From NCBI GenBank assembly GCA_964557115.1, contig CAZKYO010000014.1, positions 6,144 to 70,143 on the forward strand: DNA of 64,000 nucleotides, read 5' to 3'. The notes under the pieces were generated by a model. It was not told the origin of the DNA and did no database searches. It saw only the letters and a list, made by a program, of their open reading frames with translations. How positions within the stretch are numbered: position 1 is the stretch's first letter; every line of letters begins with the position of its first letter. This document shows positions 13,495 to 26,087 of this stretch, piece by piece. This DNA comes from an uncultured Gemmatimonadaceae bacterium (GTDB taxonomy: Bacteria > Gemmatimonadota > Gemmatimonadetes > Gemmatimonadales > GWC2-71-9). The position numbers and the translations under genes were made by a program.

Positions 13495-14921
13495 TTGCGC
13501 ATGTCCACGCCGATGTAGGAGCCGCGCCGCTCGTAGATGATCCGGAAGCGGGCGTCCTGGGGGATGTCGCCAAGCGTGCGCACCAGGTCGCGCGCGGCCG
13601 CGATCGGCTGCTGCACCAGGCGACCCGCGCTGCCGACGTAGTCGATCCGGACGATCACGTCGCCCTGCTGCAGGCCGGTGTTCTGGGTGGTCACGTCGGG
13701 GATCGAGACGATCGCGGCGCCCGCGGTCGCCTGCGAACCGAGCTCGCCGGCGATGCTCGGGGTCAGCGTCACCAGGTCGAGGCCGCTCAGCCGCACGCGC
13801 TCCGCGGTGACCGTCGGCAGGTCGGCGGGGACGATCTGCCGGGTGACCTCGCGGTTGCCGGTGCGCACCACCAGGTCCACGCGGTCGCCGATGTGCAGGT
13901 CGAGCAGCACCGCCTCCCAGTCGAGGTAGTTGCGCAGCGTGCGGTCGTTGGCGCGGACCAGGATGTCGCCCTTGCGGAGGCCGGCCTTCTCGGCCGGCGA
14001 GTCCGGCACCACGCGCTGCACCGGCACCCCGCCGGCGGTCTTCCAGTCGCTCATGCTGTTGACGCCGGCCACGTCGAGTCCCACCCAGGCCCGCCGCACC
14101 GAGCCGTTCTGCACCAGCTCGTCGGCCACGCGCACGACTCGCTCGATCGGGATCGCGAAGCCCACGCCCACCGACTCGCCGGTGTTGGAGAGGATCGAGG
14201 AGTTGACGCCGATCACCTGGCCGAGTGCGTTGACGAGCGGGCCGCCCGAGTTGCCGGGATTGATCGCGGCGTCGGTCTGGATCATGTCGTAGTAGCGGCC
14301 GGTCAGGCCGCCGCTCGGCACGATGTTGCGGTCCTTCCCGCTGATCACGCCTGCCGTGACCGTGGGCTCGGTGTTGCCGAGGAGGTAGCTGTAGGGATTG
14401 CCGAGCGCGATCGCCCACTCGCCGACCTCGAGGTCGCTCGTCCTGCCGATCGGCGCCGGCGCGAGGTTGGTGCGCGCGATCTTCACGACGGCGATGTCGG
14501 TGAGCGGATCCTCGCCGAGGACCCGGCCGTCGACGTCGGTGCCGTCGGCCAGCGTCACCGTGATCTGCTCCGCACCGGCCACCACGTGCTGGTTGGTGAC
14601 GATGATCCCGTCGGGGCGGAGGATGAAGCCGGTGCCGAAGGACTGCGCGGTCTGCTCGCGCGGCGAGCCGAAGAAGAACGCGTCGTAGCTCGACATCTGC
14701 ACCTGCTGCCGCACCAGCGTGCGGATCGACACCACGCTCGGTGCCACCCGCTCGGTGGCGTCCACGATCGCGGTGTGGCGCGAGGCGTCGAGCGAGTGCG
14801 CCGCGGGCGGCGGCGGGGGCGTCGCGCTGCCGGTCGGCGTGCCCTGCGCCTTCGCGTCGTCCCGCGCGACGCAGGCGCCGAGGAGCATCGCGAGCCAGGC
14901 GAGGCGGATCGGACGGTTCAC
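13491..14921 (-). CDS. htrA: HtrA/DegP-family serine protease with PDZ domains, lipoprotein-type signal peptide
   Basis: GTG start, lipobox-like LLGAC, GTGFI, TNQHVV, TDIAVVK, QTDAAINPGNSGGPL, then PDZ-like regions. Confidence 0.9.
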   Translation of the reverse strand: MNRPIRLAWLAMLLGACVARDDAKAQGTPTGSATPPPPPAAHSLDASRHTAIVDATERVAPSVVSIRTLVRQQVQMSSYDAFFFGSPREQTAQSFGTGFILRPDGIIVTNQHVVAGAEQITVTLADGTDVDGRVLGEDPLTDIAVVKIARTNLAPAPIGRTSDLEVGEWAIALGNPYSYLLGNTEPTVTAGVISGKDRNIVPSGGLTGRYYDMIQTDAAINPGNSGGPLVNALGQVIGVNSSILSNTGESVGVGFAIPIERVVRVADELVQNGSVRRAWVGLDVAGVNSMSDWKTAGGVPVQRVVPDSPAEKAGLRKGDILVRANDRTLRNYLDWEAVLLDLHIGDRVDLVVRTGNREVTRQIVPADLPTVTAERVRLSGLDLVTLTPSIAGELGSQATAGAAIVSIPDVTTQNTGLQQGDVIVRIDYVGSAGRLVQQPIAAARDLVRTLGDIPQDARFRIIYERRGSYIGVDMRK

Positions 14922-15697
14922 CACGTCGCCACCTCGCCGAGGTAGATGTCGTCGGGATACCACGCGGACTCGAACGCGAGCCCGGCCGCCGGGGCGGGTG
15001 CCGCCGTGCGCTGGTTGTCGGTCTGGGACAGCAATTCGGCCATCTCGCCCCCCTCGCGCCGCCCGGTCCCGACCTCCACCATCGTGCCCACGAGGAAGCG
15101 CACCATGTGATGCAGGAACCGGTCGGCCGCAATCGTGAACCGGAGTCGTCCGGACGCGAGCTCTTCCCAGGCCGCCTCGCGCACCGTGCAGCGGTAGTGC
15201 GGCTTGGGTTCCCCGACCGCCGCGAACGCGCGGAAGTCGTGCTCGCCCATCAGGACGCTCGCGGCGCGCTGCAACGCACCGAGGTCGAGCGGCACTCCCA
15301 ACGGCCAGGCGGTCCGGCTCCGGAACGGCGAGCGGCACGCGCCGTCGGTGCCGACGTCGTAGCGATACCGGCGGCCCAGCGCGCTGCGGCGGGCGTCGGC
15401 CTCCGGTCGCACCGCGGCCACCGAGCGGACGGCGATCGCTGCCGGCAGCAGCGCGTTGGCCGCGCGGAGCAGCTCCGCGGCGCTCCAGCGTGCCGGCATC
15501 GTGACCGTCACCGGCATCGCCAGCGCATGGACGCCGGCGTCGGTGCGTCCGGCCGCCGTCGCGCGCACCGGCCCGTCCGCGAGACGCGCCAGGACCGATT
15601 CCACCGCCGCTTGCAGCGAGCAGCCGTCGCGCTGACGCTGCCAGCCGCAATACGCCGTCCCGTCGAACTGCAGCGTGAGGAGGAAGGCGCGGCTCAT
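14918..15697 (-). CDS. truA: tRNA pseudouridine(38-40) synthase
   Basis: FDGTAYCGWQ, AGRTDAGVHA, HDFRAF, FLHHMVRFLVG. Confidence 0.96.
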   Translation of the reverse strand: MSRAFLLTLQFDGTAYCGWQRQRDGCSLQAAVESVLARLADGPVRATAAGRTDAGVHALAMPVTVTMPARWSAAELLRAANALLPAAIAVRSVAAVRPEADARRSALGRRYRYDVGTDGACRSPFRSRTAWPLGVPLDLGALQRAASVLMGEHDFRAFAAVGEPKPHYRCTVREAAWEELASGRLRFTIAADRFLHHMVRFLVGTMVEVGTGRREGGEMAELLSQTDNQRTAAPAPAAGLAFESAWYPDDIYLGEVATW

Positions 15698-15749
15698 GAA
15701 GCCACCAAAAATAGCCGCATCGAGGGGTGCCAGCAAGGCGCGTAAACCC

Positions 15750-15765
15750 TTGTCAACATTGACAA
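15750..15765. promoter_or_regulatory. Perfect inverted repeat TTGTCAA-CA-TTGACAA containing the likely -35 (TTGACA) of the trpD promoter
   Basis: Read directly. TTGACA at 15759-15764 is followed 18 bp later by TACGCT (15783-15788, -10-like). It sits in the AT-richer truA/trpD divergent gap. Confidence 0.6.
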
Positions 15766-15796
15766 AACGCCCGCTCGCCCGATACGCTTGCCGGCC

Positions 15797-16826
<1,030 letters not shown>

Positions 16827-16843
<17 letters not shown>

Positions 16844-17435
16844 CGCCGACGACCACGCCCTGGATCAGCACCTCGCTCTCCTGGAAGCGGAGCGGCCGCA
16901 TCGCGGCGTTGGCCGGCTGGAGCCGAATCCATCCGCCCGGTTCGCGGTAGAAGCGCTTGACCGTCGCCTCGCTGCCGTTGACGAGGGCGATCACCATCTC
17001 GCCATTGTCGGCGCTCTCGCGACCGTTGACCACGACCATGTCGCCGTCGGCGATCTGCTCGTCGATCATCGAGTCGCCGCGGACCCGCAGGGCGTAGTTG
17101 GGGCCCCGGCGCGGCAGCATGGCGTCGGGCACGGCGACGACCTCGCCGGCCATCACCGACTCGATCGGCAGGCCGGCCGCGACCGAGCCGAGCAGGGGAA
17201 TCTCGGTCGCGCCGATGCTACCTCGAGGGGGGAGCACCTCGACCGAGCGGCTCTGGTTGTAGGAGCGGCGGATGTAGCCCTTCCGCTCCAGATTGCTGAG
17301 ATGCTCGTGGACGGTGGCCAGCGAGGTGTAGCCGAAGTGCTCGGCGATCTCCTCGAAGGAAGGAGCGAAGCCCTGGCGCTCGATCTCGCCGCCAAGGTAG
17401 TCCAGCATCTCGCGCTGCCTGCGGGTCAGTGGCAC
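16827..17435 (-). CDS. lexA: SOS repressor LexA
   Basis: GTG start with GGAGG SD. wHTH LTRRQREML...PSFEEIA...SLATVHEHLSNLERKG, Ala-Gly cleavage site VAAGLP, catalytic GDSM and TVKR. Confidence 0.96.
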
Positions 17436-17451
17436 ATGGCCTCCAGCGTGG

Positions 17452-17493
17452 CGAAGATAACCCGAAAGTGAAGCTACCCGAAGGGAACCCGAA
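17452..17493. promoter_or_regulatory. Two copies of a 15-bp motif CGAAG-NN-AACCCGAA (candidate LexA operators) in the lexA/trpC divergent gap
   Basis: CGAAGATAACCCGAA at 17452-17466 and CGAAGGGAACCCGAA at 17479-17493. The first overlaps a minus-strand TATCTT -10-like element upstream of lexA. Confidence 0.65.
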
Positions 17494-17500
17494 GCGCAAG

Positions 17501-18286
17501 ATGGCTGTCCTCGACGTGATCCTCGATGCGACGCGCGAGACCCTCCCAGGGGTCCGATCCCGCCGGCGCGAGCTGGAGCGGATGGTGGCGACCCGGGTCC
17601 CCGGCCCCGATTTCATGGCGGCCCTCCGGCGACCCACCGTGGCGGTGATCGCGGAGGTGAAGCGGCGGAGCCCGAGCGCGGGGGCGATCAACGAGGGGCT
17701 CGACCCGTCGGCCCTGGCCATCGAGTACACCGCCGGCGCGGCCGCCGCGATCTCGGTGCTCACCAACGCCAGCCACTTCGGTGGATCGCTGCTCGACCTG
17801 GAACGGGTCACCGCCTCGGTTGCGGTGCCGGTGCTCCGGAAGGATTTCATCCTGGACGAGGTGCAGTTGCTGGAGGCGCGGGCCGCGGGTGCCTCTGCCG
17901 TGCTGCTGATCGTGCGTGCGCTGACCCAGGCCGACCTCGTCTCGCTCCTGGCTGCGGCCGAGGCGCTCGAACTCGGGGTCCTTGTCGAGACCCACACCGC
18001 CGAGGAGCTGGCGCGCGCCCTCGACGCGGGGGCGCGCGTGATCGGGGTCAATGCGCGCGACCTGGATGACTTCACGATCGACGTCGGGCGATCGCTCGAC
18101 CTGGTGTCGCGCCTGCCGACCGACGTCGTGGCCGTGGCCGAGAGCGGCATGGTGTCGCTGGCGGACGTGGAGCGGGCCGCCGGCGCCGGCGCGGACGCGG
18201 TGCTGATCGGCGGGGCGCTCGCGTCCGCCGCGGATCCGCGGTCCTCGTGTCGGTCCTTCGCGGAAGTGACGCGTCGTGGCCGTTGA
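17501..18286 (+). CDS. trpC: Indole-3-glycerol phosphate synthase
   Basis: MAVLDVIL, IAEVKRRSPSAG, ISVLTN..HFGG, LRKDFI, GVNARDL, AESG. Confidence 0.96.
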   Translation: MAVLDVILDATRETLPGVRSRRRELERMVATRVPGPDFMAALRRPTVAVIAEVKRRSPSAGAINEGLDPSALAIEYTAGAAAAISVLTNASHFGGSLLDLERVTASVAVPVLRKDFILDEVQLLEARAAGASAVLLIVRALTQADLVSLLAAAEALELGVLVETHTAEELARALDAGARVIGVNARDLDDFTIDVGRSLDLVSRLPTDVVAVAESGMVSLADVERAAGAGADAVLIGGALASAADPRSSCRSFAEVTRRGR

Positions 18287-18900
18287 GGCGAAGATCTGCG
18301 GCATCACCCGGCCGGAGGACGCGGCGCTCGCCGTGGCGCTCGGTGCCGCCCGGTTGGGCGTGGTGTTCGCATGGGGTCCCCGGGTCGTGACGCCGGAGCA
18401 GGCGGAGCGGATCGTGGCCTCCGCCGACGGGGTCCCCGTGCTGGCGGTCGTCTCCGGTGGCAGTGCCACCGACCTGCGCGACCTCGCCCGCCGGACCGGG
18501 GTGCGGGGCTTCCAGCTGCATGGCGATGCCGATCCGGTCGTCGCGGGCGAGTTGCGCGAGTCGGGCTTCGAGGTGTGGCGGGTGGCGCCGCTCGAGACGC
18601 TGGAGACGGTCACGCGCGCCGTCGCCACCGCGACGATCGGGGCCGACGCGGTCGTCGTCGAGCCGCTCGTCGGCGGCCGATCCGGCGGGCTCGGCGTCGC
18701 GCTCACCCGTGACCTCGCCTTGGCGGCCCGTGACGTCCTCGCCGGCCGGCGGATGGTGCTCGCCGGCGGGCTCCGCCCCGAGACGGTCGCCGAGGCGATT
18801 CACCTCGTCGGGCCGGACCTCGTGGATGTAAGTTCCGGCGTCGAATCCGCGCCCGGGGTCAAGGATCCCCGGCGCCTGGCGCTCTTCCTGGAGGCAGTTC

Positions 18901-20099
<1,199 letters not shown>

Positions 20100-20103
<4 letters not shown>

Positions 20104-21782
20104 CGACGCCGGCCAATGTCGCGCCCGATGCGACCGAGGTTCGCGCGGTCGAGGAACTCGTGCGGGCGCTCGCCAAGGGGCTGCGGGCGCTGCAGATGTA
20201 CCTGCCCAACAATCCCGTCTACCACCGCACCGTCGAGCAGATGGCCGCCGCGTTCGCCCCGGTCTGGGCGACCACCGGTCGGCTGGTGCTCGACATCCAG
20301 GAGCACACGATCCTCTGGGAGGGCGTGCCGGTCCAGTCCGGGGTCGCGCAGCAGGGCGACGCGGTCTCCTGGCTGCTCTACAAGGACGGCCTCCGCCGCC
20401 TGACGCTGCTGCCGGGCGCGGAGGCCGAGGAGATCGTCCGCTTCCTCGAGGCGGTCAATCGCGCCCGGCGGCTGCAGACCGACGCCGGCGACGACCTCCT
20501 CACGCTGCTGTGGGAGCAGGAGTTCGTGCTGATCTCCTACGCGTTCGTCGAGGTGCTCGGTGACGGCATCGAGTTCCTGCAGGAGTCGCCGATCCGCGAG
20601 TACACCCCGGACAGCGGCGCGGCGAAGGCCGAGGCGAGCGCCTCCGCGCCGGCCCCTGAGGGGCTGCTGGAGCTCGACACCACCGACTCGACCCCGTACT
20701 TCCTCGACGAGGCCGAGGTCCGCTTCATCCAGAACGACCTCGAGGAGGAGTACCGCCGCGACATCCGGCGGAGCGCGATCGACGCGCTGCTCGACATCCT
20801 CGAGCTGATCAACGACGCCGAGGTCCGGCGCGAGGCGGTCAAGCTGCTCGAGGACGTGCTGCCGGCCCAGCTCGCCGTCGGCGGCTTCGGCGCGGTCGCC
20901 CACATCCTCCGCGAGCTGCGCGCCATCGTCGCGCGGGTGCCGGGGCTCGACCAGGAACTGCACGCGTCGCTGCTCGCCTTCGAGGAGCGGCTCTCGGAGC
21001 CGGCGATCCTCGAGCAGCTCTTCCGGGTGCTGGAAGACGGCCACGGCGGCGAGGAGGGCGACGTCGCCGCGGTGCTCCGCGAGCTCAAGCCGAGCGCCCT
21101 GCCGGCGATCCTCGCGCACGTCGGGCGCTCGCTCGACCCGCGGGTGCGGAAGGTGCTGGCCGACGGCGTCGACAACCTCGCGCGGAGCCAGCCGGCGCTG
21201 CTCGCGCAGGTGCTCGACACGGGGGCGCCGGAGGCCGTCGAGGCCGCGCTCGAGGTGGTCTCCCGGCTCCGGATGCAGCCGCTCCTGCCCAAGGTCGTCG
21301 CGCGCCTGAAGGATGGCGACGCGCCGGTGCGGCTTGCGGCCGTGCGCTCGCTCGCCCAGCTCGCCACCCCGACCGCGATCGATGCGCTCGAGGGGGCGCT
21401 GGTCGACACCGACCGCAGCGTGCGGCAGGCGACCCTCGCCGCGATCCTCGAGCGTGGCGGCAGTCGCGGGGCGCAGGACCGGCTCGCCCGGGTCATCTTC
21501 GAGGACGACGAGCTCGACCTCGACCGCAGCGAGCGCCGCGCGATGTTCGAGGCGTACGCGCAGCTCGCCGGCAACGCCGCGCTGCCCCGGCTCCGCGAGC
21601 TGCTGGCGCCCCGCGGCCTCTTCCGGCGCAGCGCCCCGGCGGAGGTGCGCGCCTGCGCGATCTACGCGCTCGCCCGGGTCGGCGGCATGGAGGCGCGGAT
21701 GGTCGTCGACGGCTACACCGGCGACAAGGAGCCGGTGGTGCGCTCCGCCGCGAACGCCGTGCTGCGCGAGTGGCGGGTATGA
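20100..21782 (+). CDS. HEAT/armadillo-repeat protein with uncharacterised N-terminal domain
   Basis: GTG start overlapping the trpB stop. C-terminal helical repeats ([46 protein letters not shown]). Confidence 0.8.
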
Positions 21783-23245
21783 GCGAGACCCCGGCCCAGG
21801 ATCCCGTCAGCTCGCAGCCCGACGACGCGCACGTCCGGCAGGCCGGCCGCGCGCTGCTGCTGACGATCCACGGCGCGGCGCGCGCGCTCAAGCTCTACCC
21901 GCTCGAGAATGCCGCCGTGCAGCGCGCCCTCGACGACCTGATGGCGGCCACCCTCGCCGTGGTCCGGCTCGAGGGCCAGGCCGAGGTGCGGCTGTCGGGC
22001 GACTTCATCTTCATCAACCAGATCCGCCTGCGGCTCGGCCTCGACAACTTCGCCTCGTTCAGCGGCTTCGTGGCGATGCTGCGCGACAGCGGCGTCGGCG
22101 TGCTCCGGGTCGAGGACGGCGTGACCCGCCGCGAGTGGCAGGCCTTTCTGTCGGCGATCGGGGCGCTGCCGCCCGACCAGGCGCCCGAGGAGCGCCTCGA
22201 CGCGCTGCGGATGCGGATGCAGCAGGCCGACATCGTCCGGATCGAGGTGGACGTCGGCGGCGACGCGCACGAGCACGACGCCGAGGGGGACGAGTCGCTC
22301 GAGCGCGCCAAGCGCACCTACGCCCACGGCGTGGCGGTGGCGCGCGACGTGGTGCAGGGCGTGCGCATGGGCCGCGCTCCCAACACCCGCCGGCTCAAGC
22401 GCGCCGTCCAGCTGCTGGTCGACCAGGTGCTCGAGAACGAGCTCTCGATCACCGGCCTCACCACGCTGCGCGACTACGACGAGTACACCTTCACCCACTC
22501 GGTGAACGTCTGCATCTTCGCCGTCGCGCTCGGCCGCCGCCTCGGCCTCTCCCGGCTGCAGCTCTTCGACCTCGGGCTCGCCGCGCTGATGCACGACATC
22601 GGCAAGTCGCGCATCGACCTCGCGCTGCTCAACAAGGAGGTCGCCCTCGACGAGCAGGAGTGGCGCCGGATGCAGGCCCACCCGTGGCTCGGCACCCTCA
22701 CGCTCTTCAAGATGCGCGAGGGCGAGGACCTGCCGTATCGCGCGATCCTCGCGGCCCACGAGCATCACATGAAGGTGGACCTGAGCGGCTACCCGCGACC
22801 GGTGCGCCCGCGGCGGCTCGGGTTCTTCTCGCGCGTGGTCGCGGTGGCCGACGGCTACGACGCCGCGACGACCCGGCGCTCCTATCAGTCGGATCCGTGG
22901 GAGCCGGCGGCGGTGTTGCGCGAGATGTGGCTCAACCCCGGCCGCGGCTACGACCCGGTGCTGGTCAAGGCGCTGATCAACCTGCTCGGCATCTATCCCG
23001 TGGGCACGGTGGTGATCCTCGACTCGTTCGAGGTCGCGATCGTCGCCGGCCCCGGCTCCAACTCCGAGCACCTGCACCGGCCGATGGTGCGGATCGCCGT
23101 CGATGCCCGCGGCGCCCGTCTCGCGCCGCCCGGGCAGCTCGTCGACCTCGCCCTCGCACGACCCGACGGGTCGCACGCCCGCACGATCGTCAAGGTGACC
23201 TCCCCGGACCGCTATGGCCTCGTCGTCGGTGACTACTTCGTCTGA
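21779..23245 (+). CDS. HD-GYP domain protein (putative cyclic-dinucleotide phosphodiesterase)
   Basis: DEYTFTHSVNV, LMHDIGK, HEHHMKVDLSGYP, VAVADGYDAATTRRSY. Confidence 0.88.
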   Translation: MSETPAQDPVSSQPDDAHVRQAGRALLLTIHGAARALKLYPLENAAVQRALDDLMAATLAVVRLEGQAEVRLSGDFIFINQIRLRLGLDNFASFSGFVAMLRDSGVGVLRVEDGVTRREWQAFLSAIGALPPDQAPEERLDALRMRMQQADIVRIEVDVGGDAHEHDAEGDESLERAKRTYAHGVAVARDVVQGVRMGRAPNTRRLKRAVQLLVDQVLENELSITGLTTLRDYDEYTFTHSVNVCIFAVALGRRLGLSRLQLFDLGLAALMHDIGKSRIDLALLNKEVALDEQEWRRMQAHPWLGTLTLFKMREGEDLPYRAILAAHEHHMKVDLSGYPRPVRPRRLGFFSRVVAVADGYDAATTRRSYQSDPWEPAAVLREMWLNPGRGYDPVLVKALINLLGIYPVGTVVILDSFEVAIVAGPGSNSEHLHRPMVRIAVDARGARLAPPGQLVDLALARPDGSHARTIVKVTSPDRYGLVVGDYFV

Positions 23246-24020
23246 CACGCGCATCGCGCGCACCTGGCAACGGCTTCGCGAGGAGGGACGCACCGGCCTG
23301 GTGCCGTACCTCACGGCGGGGTTCCCGACCGTCGCCGCCTCGCGCGAGGCGATGCGCGCCGCCGCCGACCTCGCCGACGTGCTCGAGGTCGGGGTGCCCT
23401 TCAGCGACCCGCTCGCCGACGGCCCCACCATCCAGGCCTCGACCTTCCGTGCCCTCGGCGAGGGGATGACGCTGGCCGGCACGCTGGACCTGGTCGCGTC
23501 GCTCGACGCGCCGGTGCCGATCGTGCTGTTCTCCTACCTCAATCCGGTGCTGCAGTACGGCGTCGAGCGACTCGCCGTGGATGCGGCGGCGGCCGGCGTG
23601 TCGGGGATCCTGCTCACCGACCTCCCCGCGGGCGCCGATCCGTCGATCGAGCAGCCGCTGCTGGATTCGCCGCTCGACCTGATCCGCCTCGTCGCCCCGA
23701 CCACGGTCGGGGATCGGCTGCGGGAGACGGTGCGCGACGCGCAGGGGTTCGTCTACCTGATCGGTCGCCTCGGCGTCACCGGCGCCTCGACCGAGCTGGC
23801 CGGCGGGCTCGCCGACTCGGTGGCGCGGGTGCGCGCGGCAACCGACCTCCCCATCGCCGTCGGCTTCGGGATCGGCCGCGCCGACCAGGCCCGCGAGGTG
23901 GCCAGGATCGCCGATGGCGTGGTCGTCGGCAGCGCCCTCGTCGACGCCCTCGGTCGCGGCGGTCCCGCGGCCTCCACCGCCTTGCTCCGCGAGTTGCGCG
24001 GCGCGATCGACGCGGCGTGA
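23229..24020 (+). CDS. trpA: Tryptophan synthase alpha chain
   Basis: LVPYLTAGFP, LEVGVPFSDPLADGPTIQ, FSYLNP, LVAPTT, GVTG, AVGFGI, DGVVVGSA. Start re-called at GTG 23229. Confidence 0.96.
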   Translation: MTTSSDTRIARTWQRLREEGRTGLVPYLTAGFPTVAASREAMRAAADLADVLEVGVPFSDPLADGPTIQASTFRALGEGMTLAGTLDLVASLDAPVPIVLFSYLNPVLQYGVERLAVDAAAAGVSGILLTDLPAGADPSIEQPLLDSPLDLIRLVAPTTVGDRLRETVRDAQGFVYLIGRLGVTGASTELAGGLADSVARVRAATDLPIAVGFGIGRADQAREVARIADGVVVGSALVDALGRGGPAASTALLRELRGAIDAA

Positions 24021-24430
24021 GCGACCACACCGTGTTCCTCGCGCTGGGCAGCAACCTCGGCGATCGCGCCGGCTGGCTGGCGTTCGCCACCGACCGCCTC
24101 GCGGCGATTCCCGGGTTCACGCTCGTCGCCGCCACGCCGGCCGAGGAGACGGCACCGCTCGATGGGGCCGACCAGCCGCCGTACCTCAACGCGATGGTGC
24201 GGGGCCGGACGGGACGCGCGCCGGAGGCCCTCCTCGCGGACTGTCACGCCATCGAGGCCGACGCCGGTCGCGACCGCACGACGCGCTGGGCCTCGCGCAC
24301 GCTCGACATCGATCTCGTCCGTTGCGGCGACCTCCTCTGCGACCGCCCCGACCTCACCCTGCCGCACCCCGGGCTGCGCGACCGGCCGTTCTGGGCGCGG
24401 CAGCTCGCGCTGCTGGAGCACCATGGCTGA
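24017..24430 (+). CDS. folK: 2-amino-4-hydroxy-6-hydroxymethyldihydropteridine diphosphokinase
   Basis: FLALGSNLGDR, QPPYLN, RWASRTLDIDLV, LTLPHPGLRDRPF. Confidence 0.94.
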   Translation: MSDHTVFLALGSNLGDRAGWLAFATDRLAAIPGFTLVAATPAEETAPLDGADQPPYLNAMVRGRTGRAPEALLADCHAIEADAGRDRTTRWASRTLDIDLVRCGDLLCDRPDLTLPHPGLRDRPFWARQLALLEHHG

Positions 24431-25229
24431 GCCCCGCCTCACGCTGCCCGGCCTCGCCGCCCGCAAGCGCAAGGGCGAGCGCCTCGCGATGCTCACCTGC
24501 TACGACGCGATGTTCGCCCGGCTGCTGGAACGCGCCGGCGTCGACATCCTGCTCGTGGGCGACTCCCTCAACGAGGTCATCGCCGGCAAGCGCACCACGC
24601 TGAGCGCGACGCTCGACCAGATGATCTACCATGCCGCCAGTGTCCGGCGCGGCGTGGAGCGCACCCCGGTCGTGGTGGACATGCCGTTCATGAGCTACCA
24701 GGCAAGCATCGAGGACGCGCTCCGCAACGCGGGGCGGGTGATGGCCGAGACCGACTGCGAGGGCGTCAAGCTCGAGGGGGGCGCGCCGATGGCCGCGACG
24801 GTGCGGGCGCTTGTCGATCGCGGCGTCCCGGTGGTGGGCCACCTCGGCTTCACGCCGCAGTCGGTCCACGCGCTCGGCGGCGCGCGGGTGCAGGGCCGCG
24901 ACGAGGCGGTCGCCGAGCGGCTGCTCGACGACGCGGTCGCGCTCGAGCAGGCCGGCGCCGCCGCGATCGTCCTCGAGCTGCTGCCCAGCCCCGTCGCGCG
25001 GCGGATCACGGAACGCGTCGCGATCCCGACCGTCGGCATCGGCGCCGGCCCGCACTGCGACGGCCAGGTCCTGGTGCTGCACGACATGCTCGGCCTCAAC
25101 GAGGACTTCTCCCCCAAGTTCCTCAAGCGTTACGCCGAGCTCGGGGCGGCGACCCGCGACGCGGCGGCGCGGTTCGTCGCCGAGGTGCGGGGCGGCGGCT
25201 ATCCCGACGACGACCACTCGTTCACCTGA
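24423..25229 (+). CDS. panB: 3-methyl-2-oxobutanoate hydroxymethyltransferase
   Basis: MLTCYDA, LVGDSL, VDMPFMSY, VKLEGG, GHLGFTPQS, GIGAG..CDGQVLV. Confidence 0.96.
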   Translation: MAEPRLTLPGLAARKRKGERLAMLTCYDAMFARLLERAGVDILLVGDSLNEVIAGKRTTLSATLDQMIYHAASVRRGVERTPVVVDMPFMSYQASIEDALRNAGRVMAETDCEGVKLEGGAPMAATVRALVDRGVPVVGHLGFTPQSVHALGGARVQGRDEAVAERLLDDAVALEQAGAAAIVLELLPSPVARRITERVAIPTVGIGAGPHCDGQVLVLHDMLGLNEDFSPKFLKRYAELGAATRDAAARFVAEVRGGGYPDDDHSFT

Positions 25230-25231
25230 CG

Positions 25232-26086
25232 ATGGAACGCGTCACCACGATCGCCGACGTCCGCCGGCACGTCGCGCTTGCCCGCCGGGCGGGGAAGACG
25301 ATCGCCCTGGTGCCGACCATGGGCGCCCTCCACGAGGGGCACCTCCGGCTCGTGGACGCCGCGCGCACCGAAGCCGACCTCGTCGTGATGAGCGTCTTCG
25401 TCAACCCGCTGCAGTTCCGGCCGGGCGAGGACTTCGAGCGCTACCCGCGACCACTCGAGCGCGATGCCGCCCTCGCCGAGGCGCGCGGCGTGTCGCTGCT
25501 CTTCACGCCCGAGGTGGCCGACATGTACGGCGCCGGCGACGAGATCCGGGTGGTCCCCGGTGACACCGCCGCGCGCTGGGAGGGGGAGTTCCGGCCCGGC
25601 CACTTCGAGGGCGTCCTGACCGTCGTCGCCAAGCTGTTCCACATCGTCCAACCCGATGTCGCGCTGTTCGGGCAGAAGGACATCCAGCAGGCGACGTTGA
25701 TCCGCCGGATGGTCGAGGAACTCGACTTTCCGCTCCGGGTCGTCGTGGTGCCGACGATGCGCGACGGCGATGGCCTGGCCCTCTCCTCCCGGAACGCCTA
25801 CCTCTCGCCCGACGAGCGCGCGGTCGCGCTGGCGATCCCGCGGGCGCTCCAGGCGATGGCGGCGGCGTGGGAGGCCGGCACCACCGACGCTGCGACGCTT
25901 CGGGGCACCGGCGAGGCCGTGCTCGCGGCATCGGGGAGCATCGTGGTCGACTATATTGCCGTGGCGGATCCGGAGCGCCTCGCGCCGGTCGAGACGGCGG
26001 CGTCCGGCACCGTGATCGCGATCGCCGCCAGGGTCGGGGCGACGCGACTGATCGACAACGTGCTGCTCGGGAACGGGATCGGCTGA
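25232..26086 (+). CDS. panC: Pantoate--beta-alanine ligase
   Basis: VPTMGALHEGH, SVFVNPLQF, RPGHFEGV, FGQKD, GLALSSRN, TRLIDN. Confidence 0.97.
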   Translation: MERVTTIADVRRHVALARRAGKTIALVPTMGALHEGHLRLVDAARTEADLVVMSVFVNPLQFRPGEDFERYPRPLERDAALAEARGVSLLFTPEVADMYGAGDEIRVVPGDTAARWEGEFRPGHFEGVLTVVAKLFHIVQPDVALFGQKDIQQATLIRRMVEELDFPLRVVVVPTMRDGDGLALSSRNAYLSPDERAVALAIPRALQAMAAAWEAGTTDAATLRGTGEAVLAASGSIVVDYIAVADPERLAPVETAASGTVIAIAARVGATRLIDNVLLGNGIG

Positions 26087-26087
26087 G

